DNA of 46,968 bases from NCBI GenBank assembly GCA_937981915.1, contig CALJMD010000214.1, positions 1 to 46,968 of the forward strand, in the 5' to 3' direction. Below the pieces are notes generated by a model. That model was given only the letters and a program-made list of their open reading frames with translations. It was not told where the DNA came from and searched no databases. A program made the position numbers and the translations under genes. Shown one piece after another: positions 20,441 to 29,825 of the stretch (the stretch's first letter is position 1; the number at the start of each line of letters is the position of its first letter). The DNA is from an uncultured Acidimicrobiales bacterium. GTDB taxonomy: Bacteria; Actinomycetota; Acidimicrobiia; Acidimicrobiales; SZUA-35.

Positions 20441-22732
20441 ATGGCAGTAGAAGGTTCGATTCTAGGAAACGCGGTTCTACGCCGTGAAGATCCGGCCCTG
20501 CTCACTGGAGACGAACTGTACGTGGACGACATCGTCGTCGACGGCATTGGACATGCTTTCTTCGTCCGGTCTCCCTTTGCTCACGCCACGATCACAGCAA
20601 TTGACACCTCGTCGGCCGAGGGCATGCCCGGCGTGGCCGGTGTATGGCACGCAGGCAACCTGACTCTCCCGTCGTTCCAGGGTTTCGCCATGATGCCCGA
20701 GATCTTCAACCGCCCCTGCTTGGCCGAGGGCAAAGTCCGCTGCGTCGGTGACGTAGTAGCGGTCGTCGTGGCCGACACCAGGGAACAAGCCGCTGACGCC
20801 GCTGAGGAAGTCGTGGTCGACTACGATCCGCTTCCCGTTGTGACCGACCCGGAGGCCGCATTGGCCGAGGGCGCCCCGATTCTGTTCGAAGAAGCCGGTG
20901 GAAATCTGTGTTTCCCCACGGCGATTGAGTATGAGGGCGATCCCAACGAGGGAGCGGACCACGTTGCCGAGGTGCGACTGGTCTCACAGCGGCTGGCCGG
21001 CGTTCCGATGGAGCCCAACGGATGCGTCGCCATTCCTGACGGCGACCACATGACCTTGTGGATGTCGAATCAGGCCCCAATCGCTTTGCGAGACGGCGTG
21101 GTCGGCATCTGCGGTATCGACGCCGAGAATCTCAGGGTGGCGGCACCCCCGGCTGTTGGCGGCGGTTTCGGCCCGAAGGCCAGCGGCTACGTGGAGTACT
21201 TCATTACGACCAAGATCGCTCAACAACTCGGCCGTGCCGTCCGCTGGACCGAAGAACGTACCGAGAACATGCTCAACATGGTTCACGGTCGGGCCATGGT
21301 GCTGGATGCAAAGATGGGCTTCACCTCCGATGGCAAGATTGTCGGCATGGATTGCAATGTCGTTGCCGACGCTGGCGCCTATCCGTGCATCGGAGCGATC
21401 CTCACGTTGTTCACCCAGCAAATGATTCAGGGTGTATACACCATCCCGAACATGAAGTTCGACGCCAAAACGGCGGTCACCAACACGGCCGCCATCGGTG
21501 CCTATCGCGGTGCCGGCCGTCCGGAGGCAACGCAGCTTCTCGAGCGGATCTTGGACGTGGCCGCCGACGAGCTCGGCATCGATCCGGCCGAGATCCGACG
21601 CAAGAACTTCATTCAGCCCGATGAGTTCCCGTTCACCACCCACGGTGGTGTGAACTACGACAGCGGAGAGTATGAGAAGTCGCTCGATACGCTTTTGGAA
21701 GCCGCCGATTATCAGTCGCTACTTTCCGAGCAGGCCGCACGGCGAGCCTCCGGCGACACCAAGCAGCTCGGTATCGGTGTCAGCACCTACGTGGAGATCA
21801 CGGCTCCAGCCGGTCTGCACGTTGAGTACGGCGCCGTTTCGGTGGCCGATGACGGGCACATCACCGCCCGGGTTGGTACCAGCGCACACGGCCAGGGACA
21901 TATCACCTCGTTCTCGATGATCGTTGCTGAGCACTTCGGCGTCGAAATGGATGACATCACTGTTCTGCAGTCCGACACCGACGAGATTCCACGAGGCGCC
22001 GGCACTATGGGTTCACGGTCTTTGCAGACCGCGGGTTCCGCTGTATTCGTCGCCTCTGAAACCGTTGTGGCAAAAGCCAAGCAATTGGCGGCCCACATGC
22101 TTGAAGCCAACGAAGCCGACATTGTGACCGGCGCTGGTGGCCTACAGGTGGCCGGCGATCCCGGTTCGGCGATCTCCTGGGGTGACCTGGCCAAGGCAGC
22201 CAACGATGACTCGAAGCGTCCGGGCGGAATGGACGCTGGACTGGCTCACGAACTTGACTTCGATGGCACCGATGCAACGTTCCCGTTCGGAGCTCACATC
22301 AGCCTGGTCGAGGTTGACACCGAGACCGGTGAGGTGAAGATGCTTCGCCACATCGCCGTTGATGACTGCGGCCAGATCCTCAACCCGATGATCGTAACTG
22401 GTCAACAGCACGGCGGTATCGCCCAGGGAGCGGCGCAGGCCCTGTTCGAGATCTGTCACTACGACGACGACGGAAACCTGCTCACCAGCAACTTGATGGA
22501 CTACGGCATCCCGTCGGCGGCCGAGCTGTGCTCGTTCGAAACGTCCAACACCGAGACGCCAAGCCCTCGAAATCCTCTCGGAGCAAAGGGCATTGGCGAA
22601 TCAGGAACCATCGGGTCAACCCCGGCGATTCAAAACGCCGTTATCGACGCCGTTTCGCACCTTGGTATCAAGCACATCGACATGCCGCTCACGTCTCAGA
22701 CCGTATGGCAGGCAATTAACGAGGCCGGATAA
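20441..22732 (+). CDS. coxL: Molybdopterin-binding large subunit, form II CoxL-like (xanthine/aldehyde oxidoreductase family)
   Basis: RREDPALLTG, VGGGFG, active-site loop AYRGAGR, GQGH, GSRS, AKGIGESG. Confidence 0.9.
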   Translation: MAVEGSILGNAVLRREDPALLTGDELYVDDIVVDGIGHAFFVRSPFAHATITAIDTSSAEGMPGVAGVWHAGNLTLPSFQGFAMMPEIFNRPCLAEGKVRCVGDVVAVVVADTREQAADAAEEVVVDYDPLPVVTDPEAALAEGAPILFEEAGGNLCFPTAIEYEGDPNEGADHVAEVRLVSQRLAGVPMEPNGCVAIPDGDHMTLWMSNQAPIALRDGVVGICGIDAENLRVAAPPAVGGGFGPKASGYVEYFITTKIAQQLGRAVRWTEERTENMLNMVHGRAMVLDAKMGFTSDGKIVGMDCNVVADAGAYPCIGAILTLFTQQMIQGVYTIPNMKFDAKTAVTNTAAIGAYRGAGRPEATQLLERILDVAADELGIDPAEIRRKNFIQPDEFPFTTHGGVNYDSGEYEKSLDTLLEAADYQSLLSEQAARRASGDTKQLGIGVSTYVEITAPAGLHVEYGAVSVADDGHITARVGTSAHGQGHITSFSMIVAEHFGVEMDDITVLQSDTDEIPRGAGTMGSRSLQTAGSAVFVASETVVAKAKQLAAHMLEANEADIVTGAGGLQVAGDPGSAISWGDLAKAANDDSKRPGGMDAGLAHELDFDGTDATFPFGAHISLVEVDTETGEVKMLRHIAVDDCGQILNPMIVTGQQHGGIAQGAAQALFEICHYDDDGNLLTSNLMDYGIPSAAELCSFETSNTETPSPRNPLGAKGIGESGTIGSTPAIQNAVIDAVSHLGIKHIDMPLTSQTVWQAINEAG

Positions 22733-22738
22733 GGCGGT

Positions 22739-22773
22739 GGCCAGGCTACTCCGTCAAACGGAGTAGCCTGGCC
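22739..22773 (+). terminator. Hairpin after coxL
   Basis: Perfect 16-bp stem GGCCAGGCTACTCCGT / ACGGAGTAGCCTGGCC with a 3-nt loop, beginning 7 nt after the stop. Confidence 0.75.
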
Positions 22774-22803
22774 TGACCGTCAACCTTCGAGGAAGCCGCC
22801 GCC

Positions 22804-24630
22804 GTGTCTCGAGAACCTGTTTACGTACCGCCCCATCACGATTCGTCGGAGCGTTACGTCTCCGACCCTTGTCCATTGCCGGGGAACTCGGTCGAAGTTG
22901 TAGTCGACGTTGGGACAGAACCCATCGGCCGATCGTGGCTGCGTACCGTTCGCGACGGCGAACAAGAGTGGGTTGAGGGCAAGGAAGACGGCGGTCGGCT
23001 CCGGTTCGAGTTGCCCTGCCACAACAACGCAGTCAACTACCGGTTCCACTTAGAGACGCCGAGTGGACCACGATGGCTCAATGGCCTTGGTCTTATCGAC
23101 TACGACCCTGGTGACGTGCACGATTTCCGTCTGGTCACCACCGGTCGGCCACCGTCATGGGTTGGCGACGGTGTGTGGTACCAGATCTTCCCGGATCGGT
23201 TCGCCACGACGGGCAAGTACCGGTTTGGCGATCAAGACGGTCGAACCGAGGCAGATGGCCATGATGTGTCGTGGGTCAACTGGTCGGAGTGGAGCGATCC
23301 GGTGGCCGACGGTCCAGCAGCGATGCCACAACTGTATGGCGGCGACCTGGACGGCGTCATACAACACATGGACCACATCGCCGGGCTGGGTGTCAAAGGC
23401 ATCTATCTGAACCCGGTCTTCCCGGCTCGGTCAAACCACCGCTACGACGCCTCGACCTTTGACCGCGTCGACCCGTTGCTTGGCGGCGACGAAGCCCTCG
23501 TCCGTCTGTCTAAGGCGGCGCACGATCGTGGTTTGAAGATCATGACGGATCTGACGTTGAACCACACCGGAGACGGTCACGAATGGTTTAAGGCGGCACA
23601 GGCCGATCCTGACAGCGATGAGGCAGACTTCTACTACTTCACCGAACACCCTGATCAGTATGAGTCGTGGCTTGGCGTTTCCAGTCTGCCGAAGCTGGAT
23701 CACGGCTCAGAGGAGCTGCGCCGCCGGTACTACAAGGGCCCCGAGTCGGTGTTGGGCCGTTACCTTCGCGGACCGTTCAACATGGACGGGTGGCGGATCG
23801 ATGTCGCCAACATGACCGGGCGCCTTGGCAGCATCGATATGAACCACGACGTGGCCCGGCAGACCAGGTTGACGATGGACGACATCGACCCCGACCTGTG
23901 GTTGCTCGGCGAGCACTTCTTCGATGCCAGCTTGGACGCCCCTGGCGATGGGTGGCACGGCGTCATGAACTACGCCGGTATCACTCGTCCGGTCGTGTCA
24001 TGGCTGGGCGATTTCACCGCCCTCAGCGCGTTTAACGCCGGACCCGGCCAACCGAACCGGAACGGAATTCAGATGGCGCGGGCGATGGACGTTGTTCGTG
24101 CGTCAATGCCGTGGTCGGTGACCACGGCATCCATGGGGCTGCTGGCATCACACGACACAGCTCGGTGGAGGTCGATGGCGGTCAGCGACGATCTGGCTCT
24201 CGTCGGATTCGGATTGCTGCTCTGTCTGCCGGGAACGCCGACGTTTCTGTACGGCGATGAGATCGGCCTGACCGGTGAGACGTCGGAGAAAGCTCGGTGT
24301 ACGATGCCGTGGGACGAGTCGAGGTGGGACAAACGTTTCGTTGATTGCTACCGCAACATGATCGGACTGCGCAACAGCGAAAAGGCACTGCAGCGTGGCG
24401 GATTCCGGTGGGTGTCGATCGCAGCGGACAATGTCTGCTTTATGAGGGAAACCTCTGACGATCGACTGTTGGTGCGAGCGTCGCGGGCGGCGACCAGCGC
24501 GACAACCATTGGCCTGACTGGAACTGATCGACTCGAGCCGGTGTTGAACGCCGATGGAGTCGACGTTCGGGAGGGCGCTGCTCTACTGCCAGGCGACGGT
24601 CCCACTTTGTCGATTTGGCGCCTTTCTTGA
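22804..24630 (+). CDS. GH13 alpha-glycosidase (maltodextrin glucosidase/neopullulanase-like)
   Basis: YQIFPDRF, GGDLDG, SNHRYD, NHTG; catalytic GWRIDVA, GEH and SHD intact. Confidence 0.92.
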   Translation: MSREPVYVPPHHDSSERYVSDPCPLPGNSVEVVVDVGTEPIGRSWLRTVRDGEQEWVEGKEDGGRLRFELPCHNNAVNYRFHLETPSGPRWLNGLGLIDYDPGDVHDFRLVTTGRPPSWVGDGVWYQIFPDRFATTGKYRFGDQDGRTEADGHDVSWVNWSEWSDPVADGPAAMPQLYGGDLDGVIQHMDHIAGLGVKGIYLNPVFPARSNHRYDASTFDRVDPLLGGDEALVRLSKAAHDRGLKIMTDLTLNHTGDGHEWFKAAQADPDSDEADFYYFTEHPDQYESWLGVSSLPKLDHGSEELRRRYYKGPESVLGRYLRGPFNMDGWRIDVANMTGRLGSIDMNHDVARQTRLTMDDIDPDLWLLGEHFFDASLDAPGDGWHGVMNYAGITRPVVSWLGDFTALSAFNAGPGQPNRNGIQMARAMDVVRASMPWSVTTASMGLLASHDTARWRSMAVSDDLALVGFGLLLCLPGTPTFLYGDEIGLTGETSEKARCTMPWDESRWDKRFVDCYRNMIGLRNSEKALQRGGFRWVSIAADNVCFMRETSDDRLLVRASRAATSATTIGLTGTDRLEPVLNADGVDVREGAALLPGDGPTLSIWRLS

Positions 24631-24724
24631 AGCTCTGATCTGTTACTCGATCGCCTCTTGTTGGTGCCGCTACGGTTGAGGCCATGACGCCCGACATCGC
24701 TAGGGGAGAAGGTTGGCCCGCTGC

Positions 24725-25357
24725 ATGACGGTGGCCGGAGCGCTCCTCGCCGCCGGTCAGGGTCGACGGTTTCTTGAATCACTGGCCGATGAAGCTGACC
24801 CGTTTCCCGCACCAACTTCGGCTTCACACAAGCTGCTGGTCGAGTTCCGTGGTCGGCCGCTCGGGGCATGGGCGGTTGAGGCGCTAGTGGAGGCGGATCT
24901 TGATCAGACCTACGTTGTCACGGGCTCGGTGGACCTTAAGCCGGTTTTCGATTGGTTGGAGCGCAACAGACCTCAACTGAACCTGTCGGCCGTGACCGTT
25001 GTCCACAACGACCGGTGGGAGGACGGGCAGGCCACGTCGGTAGGAGTAGCCCTGGACCGGGCGGCCGCCGATGGCCACGAGGCAGTGGTGATCGGACTAG
25101 CCGATCAACCTCTCGTTCCGGCGTCAGCGTGGACGACGGTGGCCGGCTCCGATGGCCTCTTGGTGGTGGCAACGTTCGATGACGTGCCACGACCGCCGGT
25201 CAAATTGCACCACACCATCTGGTCCAAAGTGTCAAGAGAGGGCGATGCCGGTGCCCGATCCGTCATTCGACAGCATCCGGAGCTCGTTTCTCAGGTACGG
25301 TGCTTGGGTAACCCTGTAGATATCGACACAGTGAAGGATTTGCGGGCATGGAGCTGA
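24725..25357 (+). CDS. mocA: Molybdenum cofactor cytidylyltransferase (MocA-like NTP transferase)
   Basis: LLAAGQGRRF, HKLL, W.DGQATS, LADQP, GDAGAR, DIDT. Confidence 0.8.
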   Translation: MTVAGALLAAGQGRRFLESLADEADPFPAPTSASHKLLVEFRGRPLGAWAVEALVEADLDQTYVVTGSVDLKPVFDWLERNRPQLNLSAVTVVHNDRWEDGQATSVGVALDRAAADGHEAVVIGLADQPLVPASAWTTVAGSDGLLVVATFDDVPRPPVKLHHTIWSKVSREGDAGARSVIRQHPELVSQVRCLGNPVDIDTVKDLRAWS

Positions 25358-26091
25358 CAAACGACTTTGTAATCGAACGGAACATCGAGGAGACCTGGAA
25401 GATCCTCAACGATCTTGAGTTCATCGCCCCGTGTATGCCGGGCGCCCAGCTAACCGAGATCGAAGGCGACGAATACCGTGGCTTGGTGAAGATCAAGGTC
25501 GGTCCGATTTCCGCCAACTACAAGGGCAAAGCATCGTTCGTCGAACAAGACGCCACGAACCACGTCGCCAGGCTCAAAGCAGAGGGTCGCGACCCTCGCC
25601 AAGGCAATGCCAACGCCATGGTGACGGCCACCATGGAAGAGCTCGCTGCTGAGCAGACCAAGGTGACAATTCACACCGATCTTGGTCTCACCGGCAAGAT
25701 TGCCAGTTTCGGTCGAGGCGCCATCGAAGATGTTTCCAAGAAGATTCTCGGGCAGTTCACCGACAACCTTCGTGACAAACTGGCAGCCGAGGGCGAACCT
25801 GCGTCAGCGACAGCCGCTCAGGCGTCGTCGACTGAAGCCCCGGTGGATGCGGCAACCGCAGCACCAACGGCAGCGGCCGCCCCACAGGCTGACTCAAGTC
25901 CGGCGCCGGCGGCAGCGGCATCAACCCCGGCAGCTGCCGAGTCAACCGGCGTGCGCAAGATCGAAAGCCCAGAAGCTGAAGCTGTTGACCTGTTGGATGT
26001 GGCCGGTGGAGCCGCCGCCAAACGGTTCATTCCTGCCGCTGGTGGAGCCGCCCTGTTGGCTGCCATCATTTGGTGGATCGTCAACCGCTGA
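25348..26091 (+). CDS. coxG: CoxG (SRPBCC) membrane-anchored accessory protein
   Basis: MELTNDF, IAPCMPGA.L, KVGPISANYKG; Ala/Pro linker and C-terminal anchor. Confidence 0.88.
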   Translation: MELTNDFVIERNIEETWKILNDLEFIAPCMPGAQLTEIEGDEYRGLVKIKVGPISANYKGKASFVEQDATNHVARLKAEGRDPRQGNANAMVTATMEELAAEQTKVTIHTDLGLTGKIASFGRGAIEDVSKKILGQFTDNLRDKLAAEGEPASATAAQASSTEAPVDAATAAPTAAAAPQADSSPAPAAAASTPAAAESTGVRKIESPEAEAVDLLDVAGGAAAKRFIPAAGGAALLAAIIWWIVNR

Positions 26092-26118
26092 TCGTCTCTG
26101 CTCGGCTACCCGAGGTGA

Positions 26119-26619
26119 GTGACGTTGACCAAGCCTGAGCGTGTCTCGGTTTCCCGCGACTCTGAGACGGACGAACGCGTGGCCGAGCTGCTCGGGCGGC
26201 GACCGCAGGGAGCCTACGAGATTGTTGTTTCTCGACTAGATGGTTCCCCGGTCGTGCTGGCCAACCATCCGTTGTTGGACGACGGTCGGCCGATGCCAAC
26301 CCGCTTTTGGCTGATCGATCCGAAGTTGAACAAGGCAATCGGACGCCTCGAAGCCTTGGGCGGCGTGAAGACGGCGGAACGCATCGTCGACCCTGCTGAG
26401 CTTCGCCAGACTCACGACGCCTACGCACAGGAACGCACGACGCTGATTCCTGAAGACCACTTGGGACCTGCGCCGTCCGGCGGCGTTGGTGGGACCAGGC
26501 AGGGTGTCAAGTGCCTCCACGCACACTACGCCAATTTTCTAGCCGGACGATCCGACCCGGTGGGCTTGTGGGTGCATCAACGTCTTGAGGAGTCGGGGGA
26601 GCAGTTCACCGATGCCTGA
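26119..26619 (+). CDS. DUF501 protein (Rv1025-like)
   Basis: LGRRP, G.PMPT.FWL, IGRLEA.G, VKCLHAH; upstream of ppx. Confidence 0.88.
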   Translation: MTLTKPERVSVSRDSETDERVAELLGRRPQGAYEIVVSRLDGSPVVLANHPLLDDGRPMPTRFWLIDPKLNKAIGRLEALGGVKTAERIVDPAELRQTHDAYAQERTTLIPEDHLGPAPSGGVGGTRQGVKCLHAHYANFLAGRSDPVGLWVHQRLEESGEQFTDA

Positions 26620-27598
26620 GGCCGAGCGGCCATGGTTCGTCGAGATCGGCTCGGGGTCGATGAAGTGGCGGATCCCGTCGGATGACGTCGGCGGCGGTGA
26701 ATCCGCTATGGAGCGCCACAGCTGCGAGATTGGACTGTCGGCGGGGTTGGGCGCTGACGGCGGATTGTCTGCCGACTCGATAGCCAGGTTGGACACTGCG
26801 CTGTCGGACCTGGGCACGTCCACGGCAGGTCGCGGGCTCGGCTTACCGGTTGTGGTCGCCAGTGAAGCGCTCCGGCGCGCCGCCAGCGATCAGAGTACGG
26901 TCACAGATCTTGTCTCGCGACATCTTGGCGCACAACTGGAAATCCTGTCGGGAGCCGAAGAAGGGGCGTTGGCGTTAACGGCCGTCCGATCACAGCGTGA
27001 ACCGTCAGATGCACCTCTCACGGTTGTCGATGTAGGGGCGGCGTCGACGGAGCTGGTGGCAGGTGGCGGTAGTTCGACCGATACTGTCGCAGAAGATCAC
27101 GTTTCTTCGTTTTCCATGCCGCTGGGAGGTCGTAGTTTGGCCGCCCAGTACCTCGAGTCTGACCCGCCAGACCCCCGAGAGTTGTCAGCTGCACTATCGG
27201 TGGTCGAACTACATCTCGACGACGTCCGGCGAGAACACAGCGACCTGGCCCACGCTTTGACCTCCGGCACCGTTGTGGGGTTGGGGGCGTGTGTCCAAAT
27301 TGCTGCCGTGGAGATCGGCGTGGATATTGCCGATGGCCCCGAGCCGGTAGCCGGGTACGTGCTGACCCATGAGGCGGCCGAAGAGATTTTTCGGGTACTG
27401 GCAACCGAGTCCAAAGCGGATCGGCTGCACAACCCGGGCCTGCTGGCCCATCACGTGGACGGTGTAGTCGGCGCTCTTTGCATAGTCGTTGAACTCTTTC
27501 GTCAGTTCGCCATCGAAAGCCTTGAGATCTCGACCGTCGACGTGGTTGACGGACTGGCCGTCGGCCACTTCCCAGGCGACGCTAAGATCGGGCTGTGA
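26612..27598 (+). CDS. ppx: Ppx/GppA family exopolyphosphatase, divergent
   Basis: ASKHA-like motifs EIGSGS, ILSGAEEG, DVGAASTEL; conserved position after DUF501. Confidence 0.75.
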   Translation: MPEAERPWFVEIGSGSMKWRIPSDDVGGGESAMERHSCEIGLSAGLGADGGLSADSIARLDTALSDLGTSTAGRGLGLPVVVASEALRRAASDQSTVTDLVSRHLGAQLEILSGAEEGALALTAVRSQREPSDAPLTVVDVGAASTELVAGGGSSTDTVAEDHVSSFSMPLGGRSLAAQYLESDPPDPRELSAALSVVELHLDDVRREHSDLAHALTSGTVVGLGACVQIAAVEIGVDIADGPEPVAGYVLTHEAAEEIFRVLATESKADRLHNPGLLAHHVDGVVGALCIVVELFRQFAIESLEISTVDVVDGLAVGHFPGDAKIGL

Positions 27599-28185
27599 CT
27601 CGCAGTCTCCTGGGCAGAAGAATCCTGCTCCGGCCACTAAAGCCGGAGGACTTCTGGAGGTGGCAGGAAGTTCGGCGACGAAACGCCGATTGGCTGATCA
27701 AGTGGGAGCCGTCGCGCCCAGCGGGTTCTCCCGATCCGGTTGAGGACCGCAGCGCCTTCGCCCTGAGGTGCCATGCCCGCGACCGGGAATGGCAAATGGG
27801 GACCGGTTACGGGTTCGGGATCTTCATCGGCGGGGTCTTCAGCGGTGAGGTGAACGTCAACGCGGTACAACGAGGCCCGTTCCAGAGCGCCTACCTCGGC
27901 TACTGGATCGATGAGCAGCAGGCCGGCAACAGCTATGTACCTGAGGCAGTGGTTGCAGTACTCAAATTCGCTTTCGAGGAACTGAAATTGCACCGGGTGC
28001 AGATCTCGATCGTGCCTCGCAATAGTGCATCACTGCGCGTAGTCGAAAAACTAACGCTTCGAAACGAAGGGGTGGCACAGCGCTACCTCGAGATAAACGG
28101 GATCTGGGAAGATCATGTCCGCTTTGCTATCACCGCTGAGGAGTGGACAGAAAGAAGCCAGGAACTGACCACGTCCTGGCTGTAA
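27595..28185 (+). CDS. RimJ/RimL-type GNAT N-acetyltransferase
   Basis: RGPFQSAYLGYWID, LHRVQISIVPRN.AS, YLEINGIWEDH. Confidence 0.88.
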   Translation: MTRSLLGRRILLRPLKPEDFWRWQEVRRRNADWLIKWEPSRPAGSPDPVEDRSAFALRCHARDREWQMGTGYGFGIFIGGVFSGEVNVNAVQRGPFQSAYLGYWIDEQQAGNSYVPEAVVAVLKFAFEELKLHRVQISIVPRNSASLRVVEKLTLRNEGVAQRYLEINGIWEDHVRFAITAEEWTERSQELTTSWL

Positions 28186-28212
28186 GGTCGCAGCACTCGC
28201 TCGCTTGGCGGA

Positions 28213-28965
28213 CTAGCGAGACGAAATCTTCGACTTGAGCTTGGCCAGTTTCTCGGCAAAGACAGGTTGACGAGTGGACCAGACCTGAGGGCCCAGCTCG
28301 GTGTGAACCGCGGCGCGTTGTGTGGTTGCCGTTCGGATGTCCTGCATCGTTCGCTTGGTGGTGATCACGAGGTCTCTGGGCGCCCGACCTGCACCTTCGG
28401 CCATCGTCTGGGCGGCATCGAGCAGCTCATCGTCAGCGTACACCTGATGGGCCAGTCCGACCCGAGCCGCCTCCGTCCCGTCCATGATCTGGCTGAAGAG
28501 TATGGCGGCGGCTGCTGCTTGTGGCCCACAAATGTTCTGGAACATCCAGGTGTGTCCTCCACCTGGATGGAGACCTAAGTTTAAGAAACGGTCGTCGAAG
28601 CGGGCCGACACCCCGGCCAGACGAACGTCGCATATTAAGGCCAGGTTCATACCGGCGCCTACTGCGGCGCCGTTCACAGCGGCGATGGTGGGGAGAGGCG
28701 AGCGGCCGACCCGAAGGAAGCCCTCATAGATGGCCAGCAGACCTTCCTCTGCGGAGTCGCCGAGATGCGACAGGTCGGCGCCGGCGCAAAAGGCGGGAGC
28801 CGCTCCGGTAATCACTATTGAATGGACATCTTGATTGGCTTCGAGAGAGTCGAACGCTTCACTCAGCTCGTCACACATCTCCAACGTCACGGCGTTGCGC
28901 CGATCGGGGTCGTTCAGTGTGACTGTCGCCACTCGTTCTCGAATCTCCACATCTACCAGGCTCAT
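28213..28965 (-). CDS. Enoyl-CoA hydratase/isomerase family protein
   Basis: LNDPDRRNA, AFCAGADL, AAVNGAAVGAG; start moved to ATG 28965 to avoid overlap with maf. Confidence 0.88.
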   Translation of the reverse strand: MSLVDVEIRERVATVTLNDPDRRNAVTLEMCDELSEAFDSLEANQDVHSIVITGAAPAFCAGADLSHLGDSAEEGLLAIYEGFLRVGRSPLPTIAAVNGAAVGAGMNLALICDVRLAGVSARFDDRFLNLGLHPGGGHTWMFQNICGPQAAAAAILFSQIMDGTEAARVGLAHQVYADDELLDAAQTMAEGAGRAPRDLVITTKRTMQDIRTATTQRAAVHTELGPQVWSTRQPVFAEKLAKLKSKISSR

Positions 28966-29063
28966 GGCGACAGTCTGGCACCTGGGTTGGAGCGAGAGCC
29001 ATACCGTTCTCCAAAACGACATGTGGTCGACGATGCATGCCCTTTTCGTTCTACCATTGAGAT

Positions 29064-29825
29064 ATGAATGCGAGTGAGTCGTCGCTGTCGGCGACTCTTG
29101 TGCTGGCGTCGGGTTCGCCGCGACGTATGGAGCTCCTTCGTAATCTGGGCATCGTGCCATTTCGGTTTCCGACCGATATTGACGAGACGCCGCAGCCGGG
29201 AGAGTCGTCCGCCGCGCTCGTGGAGCGTTTGGCTCGCGGCAAGGCGGAGGCGGGTTGGCTTGCTCGCAATCAGCTGGAGATCGACCCTGACGAACTCGTG
29301 GTTGTCCTCGCTGCCGACACCGTTGTCGACATCCACGGTGAGACGCTGGGTAAACCGGACTCTGCTGCCGATGCCAAGAAGATGTTGTTGAAACTGTCCG
29401 GCGCCGATCACAAGGTGTTTACCGGCACGGCGGTGAAAGTTGGAGACGACTTATTCTCCACGGTGACGCAAACAACGGTGCGGTTCCGCTCTCTCGAGCC
29501 TGAGGACATCAGCTGGTATGTGGCTACCGAGGAGCCGATGGACAAGGCCGGGGCCTATGGCATCCAGGGCAAGGGATCGATTTTCGTTGAAGGAATTATT
29601 GGGAGTTACGACAACGTCGTCGGCCTACCGGTTGTCAGCGTTGATCGACTTCTTCGACAAGCCGGACTGTCGATTCCGCAGTTGGCGTCGGCGATAGGTG
29701 ACCAACTGGTACCTCCTGTTGGCTTGGTCGATCTCAGCCCGACACCGGATGTGCCGGTATCCCTGGATTTGATTGCTCCGGTCGCTAACGACGGCGAAGC
29801 CACCTCCGAAGTTGCCGCGCCATGA
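29064..29825 (+). CDS. maf: Maf family nucleoside triphosphate pyrophosphatase
   Basis: LASGSPRR, ADTVV, LGKP, DKAGAYGIQG, NVVGLP. Confidence 0.92.
   Translation: MNASESSLSATLVLASGSPRRMELLRNLGIVPFRFPTDIDETPQPGESSAALVERLARGKAEAGWLARNQLEIDPDELVVVLAADTVVDIHGETLGKPDSAADAKKMLLKLSGADHKVFTGTAVKVGDDLFSTVTQTTVRFRSLEPEDISWYVATEEPMDKAGAYGIQGKGSIFVEGIIGSYDNVVGLPVVSVDRLLRQAGLSIPQLASAIGDQLVPPVGLVDLSPTPDVPVSLDLIAPVANDGEATSEVAAP

Noticed and set aside
20441-22732. Bona fide aerobic (form I) CO dehydrogenase
   Set aside because: The active-site loop is AYRGAGR, lacking the Cu-binding Cys of AYxCSFR, and coxD/coxE are absent.
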